Source: a virus. From it: a stretch of DNA of 64,000 bases. Shown here in pieces: positions 19,590-28,797 of this stretch. The notes beneath the pieces are model-generated. The model did not search any database, was not told where the DNA came from, and worked only from the letters and a program-made list of their open reading frames with translations. The DNA is taken from IMG/VR virus record IMGVR_UViG_3300032236_000552, positions 1 to 64,000 of that record. One strand, written 5' to 3'. A program made the position numbers and the translations under genes. How positions within the stretch are numbered: the stretch's first letter is position 1; each line of letters opens with the position of its first letter.

Positions 19590-19780
19590 TGGCAAAGAAG
19601 ATTAAGGCTGATGGAGAAATCCATACAGTAAAGAAGAATAAAAAGGGAGACGTTATTGTCGACCACCCTGGTAACAAAGGCCCATGGGACAAGATTAATT
19701 TGACCAAGAAGGCTGGAGCCAAGACTCTTCAGCAAGGTGTGAAAGCCGTAAAGAAGTATCATCGGACGACAGGAAAGTAA
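19589..19780 (+). CDS. Basic microprotein
   Basis: TAATG-coupled; Lys-rich. Confidence 0.6.
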   Translation: MAKKIKADGEIHTVKKNKKGDVIVDHPGNKGPWDKINLTKKAGAKTLQQGVKAVKKYHRTTGK

Positions 19781-19945
19781 ATGGCAAGTAAGCCAGTATG
19801 GGAAAAAAAGAACCCAAAGAAGAAGTCAACACCTTTGTCCTCTGGGGCAAAGAGTGCTGCTAAAGCCCGTGCTGAAAAGGCAGGGCGCCCGTACCCAAAC
19901 GCTGTAGATAACATCTGGGCGTCCCGACAATCGAAAGGAAAGTAG
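19781..19945 (+). CDS. Basic microprotein (54 aa, not in ORF track)
   Basis: MASKPVWEKKNPKKKSTPLSSGAKSAAKARAEKAGRPYPNAVDNIWASRQSKGK; abuts the previous stop codon. Confidence 0.7.
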   Translation: MASKPVWEKKNPKKKSTPLSSGAKSAAKARAEKAGRPYPNAVDNIWASRQSKGK

Positions 19946-19946
19946 C

Positions 19947-20033
19947 ATGTGCAAATCATGTGGATGTGGCTGTTCCAAGCCTAATTGCAAGGGCGCTTGC
20001 AAGAAGAAGCCTTCTACTAAGAAGGGCAAATAA
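19947..20033 (+). CDS. Cys/Lys-rich 28-aa peptide (not in ORF track)
   Basis: MCKSCGCGCSKPNCKGACKKKPSTKKGK; fills the gap exactly and is TAATG-coupled to the next gene. Confidence 0.6.
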   Translation: MCKSCGCGCSKPNCKGACKKKPSTKKGK

Positions 20034-20215
20034 TGAAGAAGACATCTGATAAAGCACAAGATGCGAAGGTCATGAAGAACATGACCCCAGCACAAATGGC
20101 TGAGTTCAAAAAGAAAGATAAGAAGATGGACAAGGATAAAACCTTGAGCCGTGCTGAGGACACCAAGAAAGATAAGGCCTTAGCAAAGAAGATTAAAGAC
20201 AAGAAAAAGAAGTAA
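20033..20215 (+). CDS. Lys/Asp-rich basic microprotein
   Basis: Low-complexity K/D/M composition; last gene before the terminator. Confidence 0.6.
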   Translation: MKKTSDKAQDAKVMKNMTPAQMAEFKKKDKKMDKDKTLSRAEDTKKDKALAKKIKDKKKK

Positions 20216-20221
20216 CATTTT

Positions 20222-20246
20222 AGGGCCTGGAGACAGGCCCTTTTTT
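20222..20246 (+). terminator. Intrinsic terminator
   Basis: agggcctg-GAGA-caggccct followed by a T-run; GNRA tetraloop. Confidence 0.9.
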
Positions 20247-20259
20247 GTACTCTTTTCTT

Positions 20260-20643
20260 ATGGGTACTTGGGTTCATAGGCTGTCTGAAGTTGACGCAGA
20301 AACCCGCTCTGCCATCTGCTCCGAGTGTGGGCCAGTGTCTTTACGTGCGATTGGCTACAGCAAAAAGGGCAACAAAATGTGGAGATGTAAAAAGGCTAGG
20401 GTTATAGAAAAAAAGAACCGTGAAAGGCCTTGGTCTTTGTTTAGAGGTGAGGTTTGTGAACGATGCGGGTTTGTACCTGAGCATATCTCCCAACTTGATG
20501 TTGACCATAAGGATGGAAATAAATCCAACAACGACCCTTCCAACCTCCAAACGCTTTGTGCAAATTGCCATAGATTAAAAACCTATCAAAATAGAGACTG
20601 GGAAAACAAAGTTCTTTTAGTTAACCCTTTAGAAACCCCATAA
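20260..20643 (+). CDS. HNH endonuclease with N-terminal Zn-ribbon
   Basis: CERCG...LDVDHKDGNKSNNDPSNLQTLCANCH. ATG 20260 is preceded by TACTCT 6 nt upstream, suggesting a leaderless start. Confidence 0.9.
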   Translation: MGTWVHRLSEVDAETRSAICSECGPVSLRAIGYSKKGNKMWRCKKARVIEKKNRERPWSLFRGEVCERCGFVPEHISQLDVDHKDGNKSNNDPSNLQTLCANCHRLKTYQNRDWENKVLLVNPLETP

Positions 20644-20725
20644 GTTCTTTATCCTTAGCAGTATCGGGAAGTCGTGCGACTCCTGTGTAGTACCCACTAC
20701 CTGCGCTTTATAAGGGGATTTAATC

Positions 20726-20764
20726 ATGCTGCTTACGCCTACCCAATTGGTGGCTATCGTATGA
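20726..20764 (+). CDS. Putative 12-aa leader peptide (MLLTPTQLVAIV)
   Basis: SD aagggg upstream; its stop overlaps the next start as ATGA. Confidence 0.4.
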   Translation: MLLTPTQLVAIV

Positions 20765-21078
20765 AAGAAATCCACGCATTCAAAAGCGCATTACACCAAG
20801 CCAGCCATGAAACAACTCGGCTGATGTCTGCCCAATTACGAACCGAAGCCAAAGCAAGTGGATGGCCTCATCACGTCGTTCGCAACATGGGCGTTACCTA
20901 CGGACCTAATGGCTTTGAAGCCCACGTCCATGATGCTCATAAGGCAGAGGCAGAAGACCTTGAGTACGGCACTCCTAGCCAACGTCCTACGGCTGCAGTT
21001 CGCCGTTTTGCTAACCGCACTAAAGAAGCCGAAGACTTCCTCGTTGGACGTATGTCCAAGATGTTGGGTGACCTATGA
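20761..21078 (+). CDS. Neck/tail completion protein (HK97 gp10-like)
   Basis: EDLEYGT...PTAAVR motif; start revised to ATG 20761. Confidence 0.6.
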   Translation: MKEIHAFKSALHQASHETTRLMSAQLRTEAKASGWPHHVVRNMGVTYGPNGFEAHVHDAHKAEAEDLEYGTPSQRPTAAVRRFANRTKEAEDFLVGRMSKMLGDL

Positions 21079-21764
21079 CCTTCCTGCTTTCTGAAGATAA
21101 CGCTATTCGTGACCTCATGAAGGGCATGGTCGTTACTGACCAAAAGTCCAACTCTGCTGGTCCAACAACCCGTAATGTCAGCGTGTATTTTGGTCAACCT
21201 GACCAGGAAATCCGTGCACAGGCATACCCATATATCACTATTGACATGATTGATATTGCTGAAGATTTTGCCCGCTCAATGCGTGGAATGGTAAAGCCAA
21301 TGTACATGTCAGACCCAACCAATATGGTTGAGGCTACCAATACTGACCCTGCCGTTCCTTATGACCCAACAACAAATGACTGGTCTATTCACTGGCCTAT
21401 CCCAGTGAATATCGATTACCAGATAACCACATACGCTCGTCAACCACGGCATGACCGTGAGATTTTGGCGCAGATTATGTACACAAAGATTCCACTACGG
21501 TTCGCCATATTGGAACCAGACGACAACACCGTTCGTCGTTTGGATGTTCTGGATATCTCCAAGCGAGATGTGACAGAGCAAGGAAAGCGTTTATTCGTAA
21601 ATGCTTTCACTGTGCGTGTCTCAAGTGAGATAGCACCAGAAACCTACAACAATGTTTACAAGGCGTTGGAACTTACGGTCTCAGGCACAGAAGGAACATT
21701 CGTACAAGGAAGTACGTCTTATCCATTTACTGCCGTTGATACGTTTACTAAATCGGCACAATAA
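21075..21764 (+). CDS. Tail terminator / sheath-capping protein
   Basis: YPYITIDMID and PVNIDYQITTYAR motifs; immediately upstream of the sheath gene. Confidence 0.65.
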   Translation: MTFLLSEDNAIRDLMKGMVVTDQKSNSAGPTTRNVSVYFGQPDQEIRAQAYPYITIDMIDIAEDFARSMRGMVKPMYMSDPTNMVEATNTDPAVPYDPTTNDWSIHWPIPVNIDYQITTYARQPRHDREILAQIMYTKIPLRFAILEPDDNTVRRLDVLDISKRDVTEQGKRLFVNAFTVRVSSEIAPETYNNVYKALELTVSGTEGTFVQGSTSYPFTAVDTFTKSAQ

Positions 21765-21795
21765 GGAACCTCTACCCCACTAGTTAGGAGAAGAA

Positions 21796-23322
21796 ATGGC
21801 ATATAGCCGTCCAGGTGTTTACATTACCGAACGCCTACTACCACCAGTACTTCCTAATGGTGTGTCAGCAAACGCCGCAGGCGCAGTTGTCGCTCCATTT
21901 GCACAAGGCCCAGAAGCCGTAACTCTCGTCCAATCATGGTACGAGTTCACCAAGAACTTTGGTGGTTACAACGCTGCTTTCCCAGCAACCTTCCAGGTCG
22001 CTCAATTCTTTAGCAACGGTGGACGTGAACTCTACGTCAAGCGCTTGCTACACACCGATGCTGTTGCAGCATCAGTCAACCTCGTCACCTCTTCAAGCGC
22101 TACAGTTGCTACTGTAACCTCAAAGAACGCTGGCGCAGATGGCAACAAGTTGTACGTTGTACTTTCTGCAGGAACAGTCTCAGGAACCTACACCCTTACC
22201 CTTTACAAGGATTCAGGCGTTGTAGATACCTTCAGCCCATCTGTAACAGGAACAGGCGATGACATCCTTCTTGAGCGCTATGAGAACATCGTATTTGGCG
22301 ACCCAACCTCAAGTGACTTTGCTGAAACAGTAATCAACACTGTTTCTCCAAACATCGCTATCAGCAACTCTGCTACAGGTACACCTGTACTCACAAACCC
22401 ATACCCACTATCAAGTGGTAACGATGGAACAGCAACCGTTGCTGCTGACTACACCGCTTACAAGGGCGGAAGCGCTTCAGTATTTGAAGACTTCTCAACC
22501 TTCACACGCCCATTGGTCGTGTTCTTGCCAGCAGTCCAATCACTTGGTTCTGGTATCGCAGGTGTTTACAACGCTGCTATCTCATGGGCAGAAGCAAACA
22601 ACGGCTTCGTTGTTGCTGAAACTCCAAAGGGACAAACAGTTGCAAACGCACTTACTTACTCAGCAAGCCTAACTTCTTCTAGCAACGCTGCTGTGTACTA
22701 CCCATGGACCTACATTGCAGACCCAATTGGTCGTGGCACAGGCGCTCTCCGTTTGATTGGACCTTCTGGTGCAGTCGTCGGTCTCTACCTTGCAACAGAC
22801 TCAAGCCGTGGTGTCTTCAAGGCTCCAGCAGGTATCGGTGCAACTGTCTCAAACGTTGTATCAATTGAAAAGGCATTTACTTCTGCTGACCTTGACGCAA
22901 TGAACTCAAGCAACGCACCTGTAAACCCACTTCGCCAAATTCCTGGTGCTGGTCTTTCTGTCATGGGTGCTCGCACACTCAAGCAAGATGGCACAGCAAA
23001 CAAGTATGTAAATATGCGTCGTTCGCTTATCTACATCAACAAGCAACTGAACAACCTTACTCAGTTTGCAATTTTTGAGAATAACGATGAGGCGTTGTGG
23101 GCACGTATCCGCACTGCTCTTGCTGTGTTCTTGAACGAATACCGAAGCCAAGGTGGTCTTCGTGGAGCAACTGCTTCTCAGGCGTACTTCATCAAGTGCG
23201 ACGGAGAAAACAACACTGCTGCATCAATCGCCAACGGTGAGGTCCATATTCAAGTCGGTGTGGCTTTGCAGTATCCTGCTGAGTTCATCGTCATTGACCT
23301 AAGTCAAAAGACTTTGGTCTAA
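21796..23322 (+). CDS. Tail sheath protein
   Basis: YSRPGVY, FFSNGG, RGVFKAPAG, YVNMRR, FENND and PAEFIVI motifs. Confidence 0.95.
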   Translation: MAYSRPGVYITERLLPPVLPNGVSANAAGAVVAPFAQGPEAVTLVQSWYEFTKNFGGYNAAFPATFQVAQFFSNGGRELYVKRLLHTDAVAASVNLVTSSSATVATVTSKNAGADGNKLYVVLSAGTVSGTYTLTLYKDSGVVDTFSPSVTGTGDDILLERYENIVFGDPTSSDFAETVINTVSPNIAISNSATGTPVLTNPYPLSSGNDGTATVAADYTAYKGGSASVFEDFSTFTRPLVVFLPAVQSLGSGIAGVYNAAISWAEANNGFVVAETPKGQTVANALTYSASLTSSSNAAVYYPWTYIADPIGRGTGALRLIGPSGAVVGLYLATDSSRGVFKAPAGIGATVSNVVSIEKAFTSADLDAMNSSNAPVNPLRQIPGAGLSVMGARTLKQDGTANKYVNMRRSLIYINKQLNNLTQFAIFENNDEALWARIRTALAVFLNEYRSQGGLRGATASQAYFIKCDGENNTAASIANGEVHIQVGVALQYPAEFIVIDLSQKTLV

Positions 23323-23344
23323 GGCCGAAGGAGAAAGATAAACA

Positions 23345-23965
23345 ATGGCAACAATCAAAAATCCTCGCTCAACGTTAGCCACAGACCCAGTACGTAACTT
23401 TCGGTTCTTGGTAACGTTCCAGCCACAAGACACCTCAAATAACCTTTTGGGTAAGGTGACTATCCCTATGGGCTTTACTTCGGTATCAGGATTGTCTGTA
23501 ACCACAGACTCTATTCCTTACCGTGAAGGTGGCTACAACACGACTGTTCACCAGATTCCTGGTCAAACGTCGTTCACCCCACTTACCTTGCAACGTGGAG
23601 TAATCCTCGGAAGCAAGCAGAACTGGGATTGGATGAAGCAGTTGTTCGCAACAATCCAAGGAACTTCAAACCTAGACCCAGGTAAGAACTTCCGTTGCGA
23701 TATCGAAATCGCTGTTCTCAACCACCCAGTCCCATCTTCAGTAGCAGATGCCGTTCAAACAAGCGGCACAACATCAAATGATGAAGTAGCAATGCGTTTT
23801 AAGGTTTTCAACGCATGGCCTACAACTGTTGCGTACTCTGACCTCAATGCTGGAGACAACGCTCTCTACGTTGAGCAAATGACCCTAGTACACGAAGGCT
23901 TTGACCTAAACTGGGGCGAGTACAAAGATAGCAAGTTCACTTCAGCAGCAAACTTCACCGACTAA
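23345..23965 (+). CDS. Tail tube protein (T4 gp19-like)
   Basis: DPVRNFRF, GF.SVSGL, YREGG, LTLQRG, NAWP and LVHEG motifs. Confidence 0.95.
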   Translation: MATIKNPRSTLATDPVRNFRFLVTFQPQDTSNNLLGKVTIPMGFTSVSGLSVTTDSIPYREGGYNTTVHQIPGQTSFTPLTLQRGVILGSKQNWDWMKQLFATIQGTSNLDPGKNFRCDIEIAVLNHPVPSSVADAVQTSGTTSNDEVAMRFKVFNAWPTTVAYSDLNAGDNALYVEQMTLVHEGFDLNWGEYKDSKFTSAANFTD

Positions 23966-23982
23966 TTAACTAAAGGAATAAC

Positions 23983-24792
23983 ATGACGCAAACAATTAGT
24001 GCAGCGGCTAATCCCGCTTTGGCAAACAACAAGATTCAAGAAGTGATGGCTGAAAAGCCTGTACAAAAAGAAGTAAAGGTAATCCCTCCTTCGGATACCA
24101 CTGTGGCCCTTCCTGGCGGATACATCAACTCCGCTGGGGAGGTTGTCACAACAGCCGAAGTACGTGAGTTGACAGGAAAAGATGAAGAAGCAATTGCTCG
24201 CACATCAACTGTGGGTAAGGCTCTCTTGACCATCTTGCAACGTGGCGTAGTCACCGTTGGTGACGAAGAGGTTACCGACAAGATGCTTGACCAAATGTTG
24301 TCTGGAGACCGAGACATGCTTATCCTCGGAATCTTTAAGGCAACCTTTGGCAACATCTCTACCTCTCAAACTTTCTGCCAAACATGTGCGGAGGTTAAGG
24401 AAGTAGATATTGACATCAATGAAGATATCAAGATTAAGGTCCTTAATGACCCAGTTAATGACCGAGTCTTTACTGTTTCAGGAAAAAACCACGAGTACAC
24501 AGTTCAACTTCCAACTGGTGTTACCCAGAAAGAACTGTTCCTAAATACAGATAAGACAAGCGCAGAATTAAACACCATTCTTCTTGAAAACACCGTAATC
24601 AAGATTGATGGCACTCCCGTGTACAGCAAGTTGCAGGTTCAGAACCTTGGCCTTGTTGACCGTAAGAAGATTGTCGATGAGATTAATAAAAGAATATGCG
24701 GTCCACAGTTTGATGACCTAGTCCTCGACTGTCCAGACTGTGAAGGTGAGGTACGTGTTCCTATTAGTTTAGGCAACCTGTTTCGCTTCTAA
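23983..24792 (+). CDS. Tail/baseplate assembly chaperone (T4 gp26-like)
   Basis: LPGGY, VRELTGKDEE and GDRDML motifs with two CxxC pairs; lies between tube and tape measure genes. Confidence 0.75.
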   Translation: MTQTISAAANPALANNKIQEVMAEKPVQKEVKVIPPSDTTVALPGGYINSAGEVVTTAEVRELTGKDEEAIARTSTVGKALLTILQRGVVTVGDEEVTDKMLDQMLSGDRDMLILGIFKATFGNISTSQTFCQTCAEVKEVDIDINEDIKIKVLNDPVNDRVFTVSGKNHEYTVQLPTGVTQKELFLNTDKTSAELNTILLENTVIKIDGTPVYSKLQVQNLGLVDRKKIVDEINKRICGPQFDDLVLDCPDCEGEVRVPISLGNLFRF

Positions 24793-24814
24793 CAGGCTTC
24801 CGTACCAGTTGCTT

Positions 24815-24940
24815 ATGGAAGAGTGGCTGGTAGTAACTGATTTGTACCCTAGTTGGACTCTAACCGAGATACAAAACCTATCTTGGAGAGAGCGTAAGAA
24901 TTGGATAGAACTCGTACAGTTGAAAGTAAGAAAGGCGTGA
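24815..24940 (+). CDS. Small tail chaperone extension ORF (gpE'/gp51-like), possibly reached by +1 frameshift
   Basis: MEEWLVVTDLYPSWTLTEIQNLSWRERKNWIELVQLKVRKA; W-T-x-x-E-I-x-x-L-x-x-x-E-R pattern; frame is open from 24773. Confidence 0.65.
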   Translation: MEEWLVVTDLYPSWTLTEIQNLSWRERKNWIELVQLKVRKA

Positions 24941-24941
24941 T

Positions 24942-27398
24942 GTGTCAGTTGTAAACAACCTCCAAGCCATGTCCACTGGCATTGGAGACTTAACCAAGCG
25001 CATCAACGAACTTCATGCTGCCATAAAGTCAACAGGCAGTGAAGTCAATACTACTTTCAGCACCTTAAAGGCTGCCCTCGGTAACGGGGGCCAGCGTGGT
25101 CTTATGTCTGGCGGACAAGGCAACTCAATGTTTGGGTCTTTGTCTACCTTCTCTACACAGGGGCAAAGCGGTGGTGTAGGACCGTATCGCCCAACATCTG
25201 CAAACCAAATGGAGAGCGCTACCTTCTCTGGTCAATCCACTTACACTCAACAAGCAGCCCAAGCGCAAGTAGGGTCAGGCATCGTACAAGCAGGTGTAGG
25301 GCTTGTTCAAATGGCAGCAGCACCAGTTATCGGTGCTTACGGCATGACCATGGATTCTTCTGGAATCGTAAACCGTGCTGGTGCTTATTACCAAGCAGCA
25401 TTGCGTTCTCCAGGAATGAATCGTCTTAGCCTTGAGAAGGCAACCTTTAGCGCCCTTAATGGCGGTATGACAAGCATTGGTTCAGACGCTGCGGTAGCAA
25501 ACACCTTGGTCAATGCTGGATATGTTCCAGGAAGCCAAAACTACATTAACGCTGTTAAGCAAGTTGGTGGCGCTGCTAACTACCTAGGCATGGCAAACCA
25601 AAATGCTGCAACTGCAATTGCTGGTTTGCAAAGCGGAACCATGGGAGCCAATCTTTATCAATACGGCATTACTACCATGGATACAAGTGGAAACAGCAAG
25701 AGCGTAGGAGACATCGCTCAACAGTTATACAAAGTAATGTTTCCTAACGGCGGAACAAAAGAAAGTATTCAAAAGTCCATCCAAAGTGGTTATGCTGGGT
25801 TAAACCTACAGGGTTTGAACATGTCCCCTGACCAACAACAGATGATTACACAGGCTTTAATTGACATCTCTGCTGGAAAGAATCCAGACCTTGCTTCTGC
25901 AAAGTCCGCTAAAGGAAACATGAATCCATTTAGCGCCATGTATAAGATGAACAATTCTCAAACGAGTATTCAACAATCTTCAGAAACAAGCACACTCAAT
26001 GGCCTCAATGCTGCTGCAGACACAGTCGTTGCCTTCAACAATGCACTTCGTCCAGTAATCGACTCCCTTGCTTTATTTAAGGGATACCTTGATGGCATGA
26101 GCGGCACAAACGTGGGACGAGGAATAAAGGCTGGCTCAAAGTCATTCATGAGTGGAGTAAGCAACTTCATCAGTGGAGCAGCAGGAGTACTTGCGGGAGT
26201 TGCTCTGCTAGGAGGCGGTACTCCAGGTTACGGCGGTAAGTTCTCTCGTTCTGGACCAAAGGGTGGAGGAACACCTGGAGGTGGAGCAGCCAATGCACTC
26301 ATCTCCGCTACCTATGGTGCAACAGATAGTTCGGGTATTTGGGCGTCAACGGGAAACACTCACCAGGGAACTGACTACGACGTTCCTTTGAGTACCCCTG
26401 TTTACGCTACACAAGACGGTTATGTTTCTGGAAAAACACTAAGTAGCGATTATGGTAACGCTGTAATCATTGACCATCCAGGTGGATACTCAACTATTTA
26501 TGCTCACCTTAGCAACAAAGAAGTTAGCCCTGGAGACCGTGTATTCAAGGGAACAGAAGTTGGTAAGTCAGGAAAGTCTGGAAATACAACTGGCCCTAGC
26601 CTTCACTATGAGGTGTGGCACGGAGATAACAACCCAGTAAGTCCTACTGAATTGCAGGGCGCTGGTGACCCTGTTATGGCGGGTATTGGCGGAGGCTCTA
26701 CATCTTCTGCACTTTTGCAGCAGCAATCATTGGCTAACCAAACGGGTTCTGCTAGTTCCAACCCAAGCCTTGGAGCAGCAAACAACTCTAACCTTGGTTC
26801 AGCAGCAGAAAAATCTTGGGCAACAAGTTTCCTAACTGCTATGGGCGCTCCAGTAAATGACGCAAACGTTCGTGCCGTATCGACATGGGCGCATTTTGAA
26901 GGCGGGTTAAGTCACAATAATCCATTAAACACTGGCTTAAAGATGCCTGGTTCAACAGACTTCAATACTAGTGGTATACAGACTTACGGAAGTTTAGACC
27001 AAGGTACGCAAGCAATTATCCAAACCCTTGAAGGTAACCAGGCAGATACTCGTGGTTACAAAAAGATTGTTGAAGACCTTATGGCGGGCGCTCCTACGGG
27101 TACCACCCTTAACGATATTAACAACTCTGCATGGCGTTCAGGAAAAACAGGGGACCCTGGATACAACTTCCCTAAAGGTGGAGGAACACCAGGATATGGT
27201 GCAAATCTTCCAGACCCAACGTCTTCCGCTGCCGCAAGTGTTCAGGCTGCATCAAACTTAGTTAACAATAGTGGAAACACCGTAAATGTTTACTTGACTA
27301 TTGCACAAGCATCAGACTCAGAAGCGATACTCTTTGCAAAGAAGGTTGAGTCTTACCTTAATAACAACAGTAATATAACGACGATTGGTAGTGCATGA
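24942..27398 (+). CDS. Tape measure protein with M23 peptidase and lysozyme-like domains
   Basis: Ala/Gly/Gln-rich helical N-terminus; M23 motifs HQGTD, YAHL and LHYEV; later WAHFEGG..NNPLNT lysozyme-like segment. Confidence 0.85.
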   Translation: MSVVNNLQAMSTGIGDLTKRINELHAAIKSTGSEVNTTFSTLKAALGNGGQRGLMSGGQGNSMFGSLSTFSTQGQSGGVGPYRPTSANQMESATFSGQSTYTQQAAQAQVGSGIVQAGVGLVQMAAAPVIGAYGMTMDSSGIVNRAGAYYQAALRSPGMNRLSLEKATFSALNGGMTSIGSDAAVANTLVNAGYVPGSQNYINAVKQVGGAANYLGMANQNAATAIAGLQSGTMGANLYQYGITTMDTSGNSKSVGDIAQQLYKVMFPNGGTKESIQKSIQSGYAGLNLQGLNMSPDQQQMITQALIDISAGKNPDLASAKSAKGNMNPFSAMYKMNNSQTSIQQSSETSTLNGLNAAADTVVAFNNALRPVIDSLALFKGYLDGMSGTNVGRGIKAGSKSFMSGVSNFISGAAGVLAGVALLGGGTPGYGGKFSRSGPKGGGTPGGGAANALISATYGATDSSGIWASTGNTHQGTDYDVPLSTPVYATQDGYVSGKTLSSDYGNAVIIDHPGGYSTIYAHLSNKEVSPGDRVFKGTEVGKSGKSGNTTGPSLHYEVWHGDNNPVSPTELQGAGDPVMAGIGGGSTSSALLQQQSLANQTGSASSNPSLGAANNSNLGSAAEKSWATSFLTAMGAPVNDANVRAVSTWAHFEGGLSHNNPLNTGLKMPGSTDFNTSGIQTYGSLDQGTQAIIQTLEGNQADTRGYKKIVEDLMAGAPTGTTLNDINNSAWRSGKTGDPGYNFPKGGGTPGYGANLPDPTSSAAASVQAASNLVNNSGNTVNVYLTIAQASDSEAILFAKKVESYLNNNSNITTIGSA

Positions 27399-28795
27399 TG
27401 GCGGGTCCTAAAAACACAGCAAATAATTACACTGACCAATACACAAAAACAAAAGCAAAGTCTGATGCTGCTAAAAAGGCTAAGTCTGATGCCCATGCTA
27501 TAACAGCATACAAAGACCAAATCGGTTTGTTGACTCAAGATATAAAGAGTGCTACAACAGCGATGGCAGACCCACAGTCCCAACTCGCTCAATTGCAAAA
27601 AGATTTGAAACTTCTCCTTGATGATGGTCATGGTCATACGCTTCCTCCACCCTGGAGTCCTAGTATTACCTCTCAATATGAGACTAACAAACGTGACCAA
27701 CAGACCTATATCAATCAAATCAATGGGTATCAAACACGCATTGATAGAGACAACAAGCAAATTGCTGATTATCAAAAAAAGATTGCTGCTCTAACAAAAC
27801 CTACTCAGAACTCAGGTAACACTCAAACAAAAGGTGGAGGTGGAGGTGGAGGTGGTGGTGCAACCTCTACAGATACAGGCGGGTTTAAGTACAACGCACC
27901 TATGGTAAGCACTGCCTACTTCAACTCTCTTGCTGGAGCAGACAACATCAGAACTAACTATGAAGCCAACCCATCCTTTAAGAAAGGACGTGGGGGCGTA
28001 CCTGTTGCATACCACAAGGCGCAAACAGTTGACGGTCTTTATCACTTTGTTGACATCGGAAACTTTACCGATGCAAAACAAGCCTGGTCTATCAATAGCA
28101 ATGGTCAAATTGCTGGAGGTAAAGGTTCGTTTCAGATGGACCGAGTCGTCAACACCGCTGCCGCTATTGCCACTGCACAAAAGGCGTATGCAAAAGCACA
28201 CCCTAATGATGCGTCAAAGTTTGACAAAAGAATGTATGGATTCAAGTTCCTATACAACCCAACTTCTATAGACATGAGTTGGGGCGCTATTTTAGGAGCG
28301 AACCCAGTATTTGAGTCTATGGGCCAAGACCCTGCGGTTCCTCTTGCTGCAAACCTTCTTTCAAGCACGTTGTCCTTTGACATTGTCCTAAACAGAATTC
28401 AGGACTTTGAAGTTATTGAAAGTCCAGGAATCCTTCGTCCTTATAATAAATACCCTTACCCATCTCCAGTAGACCCTGCTGATATTAAAGAGATTTATGA
28501 AAAAGGAACTATGTACGACATTGAGTACTTGTTCAAAACTATGCACGGATTTGATGGGTTTACTAACTACCAGAGTAGTTTGATGCAAAATACAAACGAC
28601 CCTGGTTGGTTGCCTGTACGTCCCGTTGAACTACACCTTGGTAACAAGTTACGTTATCGAGTACGCATTACTGGCATGTCTGTAAAGCACTCTATCTTTA
28701 ACAGTCGAATGGTTCCAATCCTTTCTACCGTGTCGTTCACATGTGCCCGTTACTGGGATGGCCCTACTACACCTGCGTCAACTAAGAAGAAATAA
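27395..28795 (+). CDS. Tail tube initiator / baseplate hub-associated protein
   Basis: N-terminal coiled coil; GFKFLYNPTSI, GTMYDIEYL and HSIFNSRMVP motifs. Confidence 0.6.
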   Translation: MMAGPKNTANNYTDQYTKTKAKSDAAKKAKSDAHAITAYKDQIGLLTQDIKSATTAMADPQSQLAQLQKDLKLLLDDGHGHTLPPPWSPSITSQYETNKRDQQTYINQINGYQTRIDRDNKQIADYQKKIAALTKPTQNSGNTQTKGGGGGGGGGATSTDTGGFKYNAPMVSTAYFNSLAGADNIRTNYEANPSFKKGRGGVPVAYHKAQTVDGLYHFVDIGNFTDAKQAWSINSNGQIAGGKGSFQMDRVVNTAAAIATAQKAYAKAHPNDASKFDKRMYGFKFLYNPTSIDMSWGAILGANPVFESMGQDPAVPLAANLLSSTLSFDIVLNRIQDFEVIESPGILRPYNKYPYPSPVDPADIKEIYEKGTMYDIEYLFKTMHGFDGFTNYQSSLMQNTNDPGWLPVRPVELHLGNKLRYRVRITGMSVKHSIFNSRMVPILSTVSFTCARYWDGPTTPASTKKK

Positions 28796-28797
28796 CT

